A stretch of 64,000 bases of DNA from NCBI GenBank assembly GCA_973895155.1, contig OZ316895.1, positions 680,435 to 744,434 of the forward strand. Direction: 5' to 3'. The first letter of the stretch is position 1; every line of letters starts with the position of its first letter. A model generated the notes under the pieces. The model made no database searches. It had not been told where the DNA came from and saw only the letters and a list, made by a program, of their open reading frames with translations. Below, one piece after another: positions 63,255 to 64,000 of the stretch. A program made the translations under genes and the position numbers. Source of the stretch: Marsupella aquatica. Taxonomy: Eukaryota; Plantae; Marchantiophyta.

Positions 63255-64000
63255 ATGGAACCCGGGCAGAGGCCGGAGGTAAGGCTAAGGGTGAAAACCC
63301 GATTAGGGTTAGGGCGCGTTAAGCGTCGGCGGCTAGGAAGGATCAACGGGAAGAAGGACCGGCAGAGGAGAGGGGTAAGGAGCGCTTGCAGGAGATGGTG
63401 GCTCATTTGCGAGCACGAACTAGGCAGACGACTACGGGAGGCCAACTACTGTCAGCTGCTTAGGCAAGCACTCGGGGAGAGAGTAGATACCGACGATCGA
63501 CCTAAGGAGGGTATGAGCAACGTCAATCAAGCGGCACATTTCTGGGGATGCCTGTTCGAACGGGCAACTGAGTACATCAAGACTTACGAGGACGAGGAGT
63601 CAGAAAGGGCAGCTCGAGAACGGCAGGAGCTCGCTCGATTGTGGGAGCTGCAGAAGACGGCTTTCTTAGGAGGCGAACTCATCAAGGACGAGTTCCTGTG
63701 GATGCCTACTTCCAATCAACTCGACGATCTTCTGTTTTGCAAAGACAGCGTCGTCGGCATCCGAGAGGCCATCAAGAACTGCAACGACATACACTGGGAA
63801 TTAAAGGGTAGCACGGAAAGGTGGACCCAGGCAACGGTGCTAGGAGAAACCTCCACGGCAGCAGAGATGAAGAGGAAGGGAGCCATCAACGATGAAGCCA
63901 CCCCGGCAAAAAGAACGAGGTCGGCGGCACCAAAGAAGCCAGCCGAGCAGCAGAGCAGGAGGCAGGGAGAAGCCGAAGAGGAGGAGGTCGATCCCATCAA
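63255..64000 (+). CDS. Unknown ORF of at least 248 codons running off the window (probably transposon-encoded)
   Basis: Manual translation from ATG 63255 is stop-free to 64000 (MEPGQRPEVR...AAHFWGCLFERATEYIKTYE...KRKGAINDEATPAKRTR...). It is absent from the ORF track, presumably because it has no stop in the window. Confidence 0.5.
   Translation, partial: MEPGQRPEVRLRVKTRLGLGRVKRRRLGRINGKKDRQRRGVRSACRRWWLICEHELGRRLREANYCQLLRQALGERVDTDDRPKEGMSNVNQAAHFWGCLFERATEYIKTYEDEESERAARERQELARLWELQKTAFLGGELIKDEFLWMPTSNQLDDLLFCKDSVVGIREAIKNCNDIHWELKGSTERWTQATVLGETSTAAEMKRKGAINDEATPAKRTRSAAPKKPAEQQSRRQGEAEEEEVDPI

Overview
Eukaryotic, intron-containing land-plant DNA. It is most consistent with a non-seed plant such as a bryophyte; this is inferred from gene families and transposon types. 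Host genes reconstructed by hand from splice phases: a Tic22-like (At5g62650-type) gene; an SGS3-like zf-XS/XS/coiled-coil gene that splices in frame into a C-terminal RING finger; an SLH-domain plastid-envelope gene (At5g23890-type); a phi-class GST whose first exon is interrupted by a TIR element at a TTAA site; a damaged and partly duplicated C2-domain gene; and mitochondrial IF2. The rest is a patchwork of transposons: hAT-like MITEs, a 5'-truncated RLE-type (CRE-like) LINE, a short LINE with a 16-bp TSD, and a Bianca-like Copia with a half-tRNA-Ile primer site. The Copia is cut off by the most unusual object in the window. This is a decayed, spliced cassette encoding a Ulp1/C48 SUMO protease followed by three tandem FCP1/NIF (HAD) phosphatase-like modules. 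Each module has its own phase-0 splice acceptor and stop codon, and every spacer carries an ACGCG-N6-CGCGT palindrome. All family calls come from motif recognition by eye; no database search was run.
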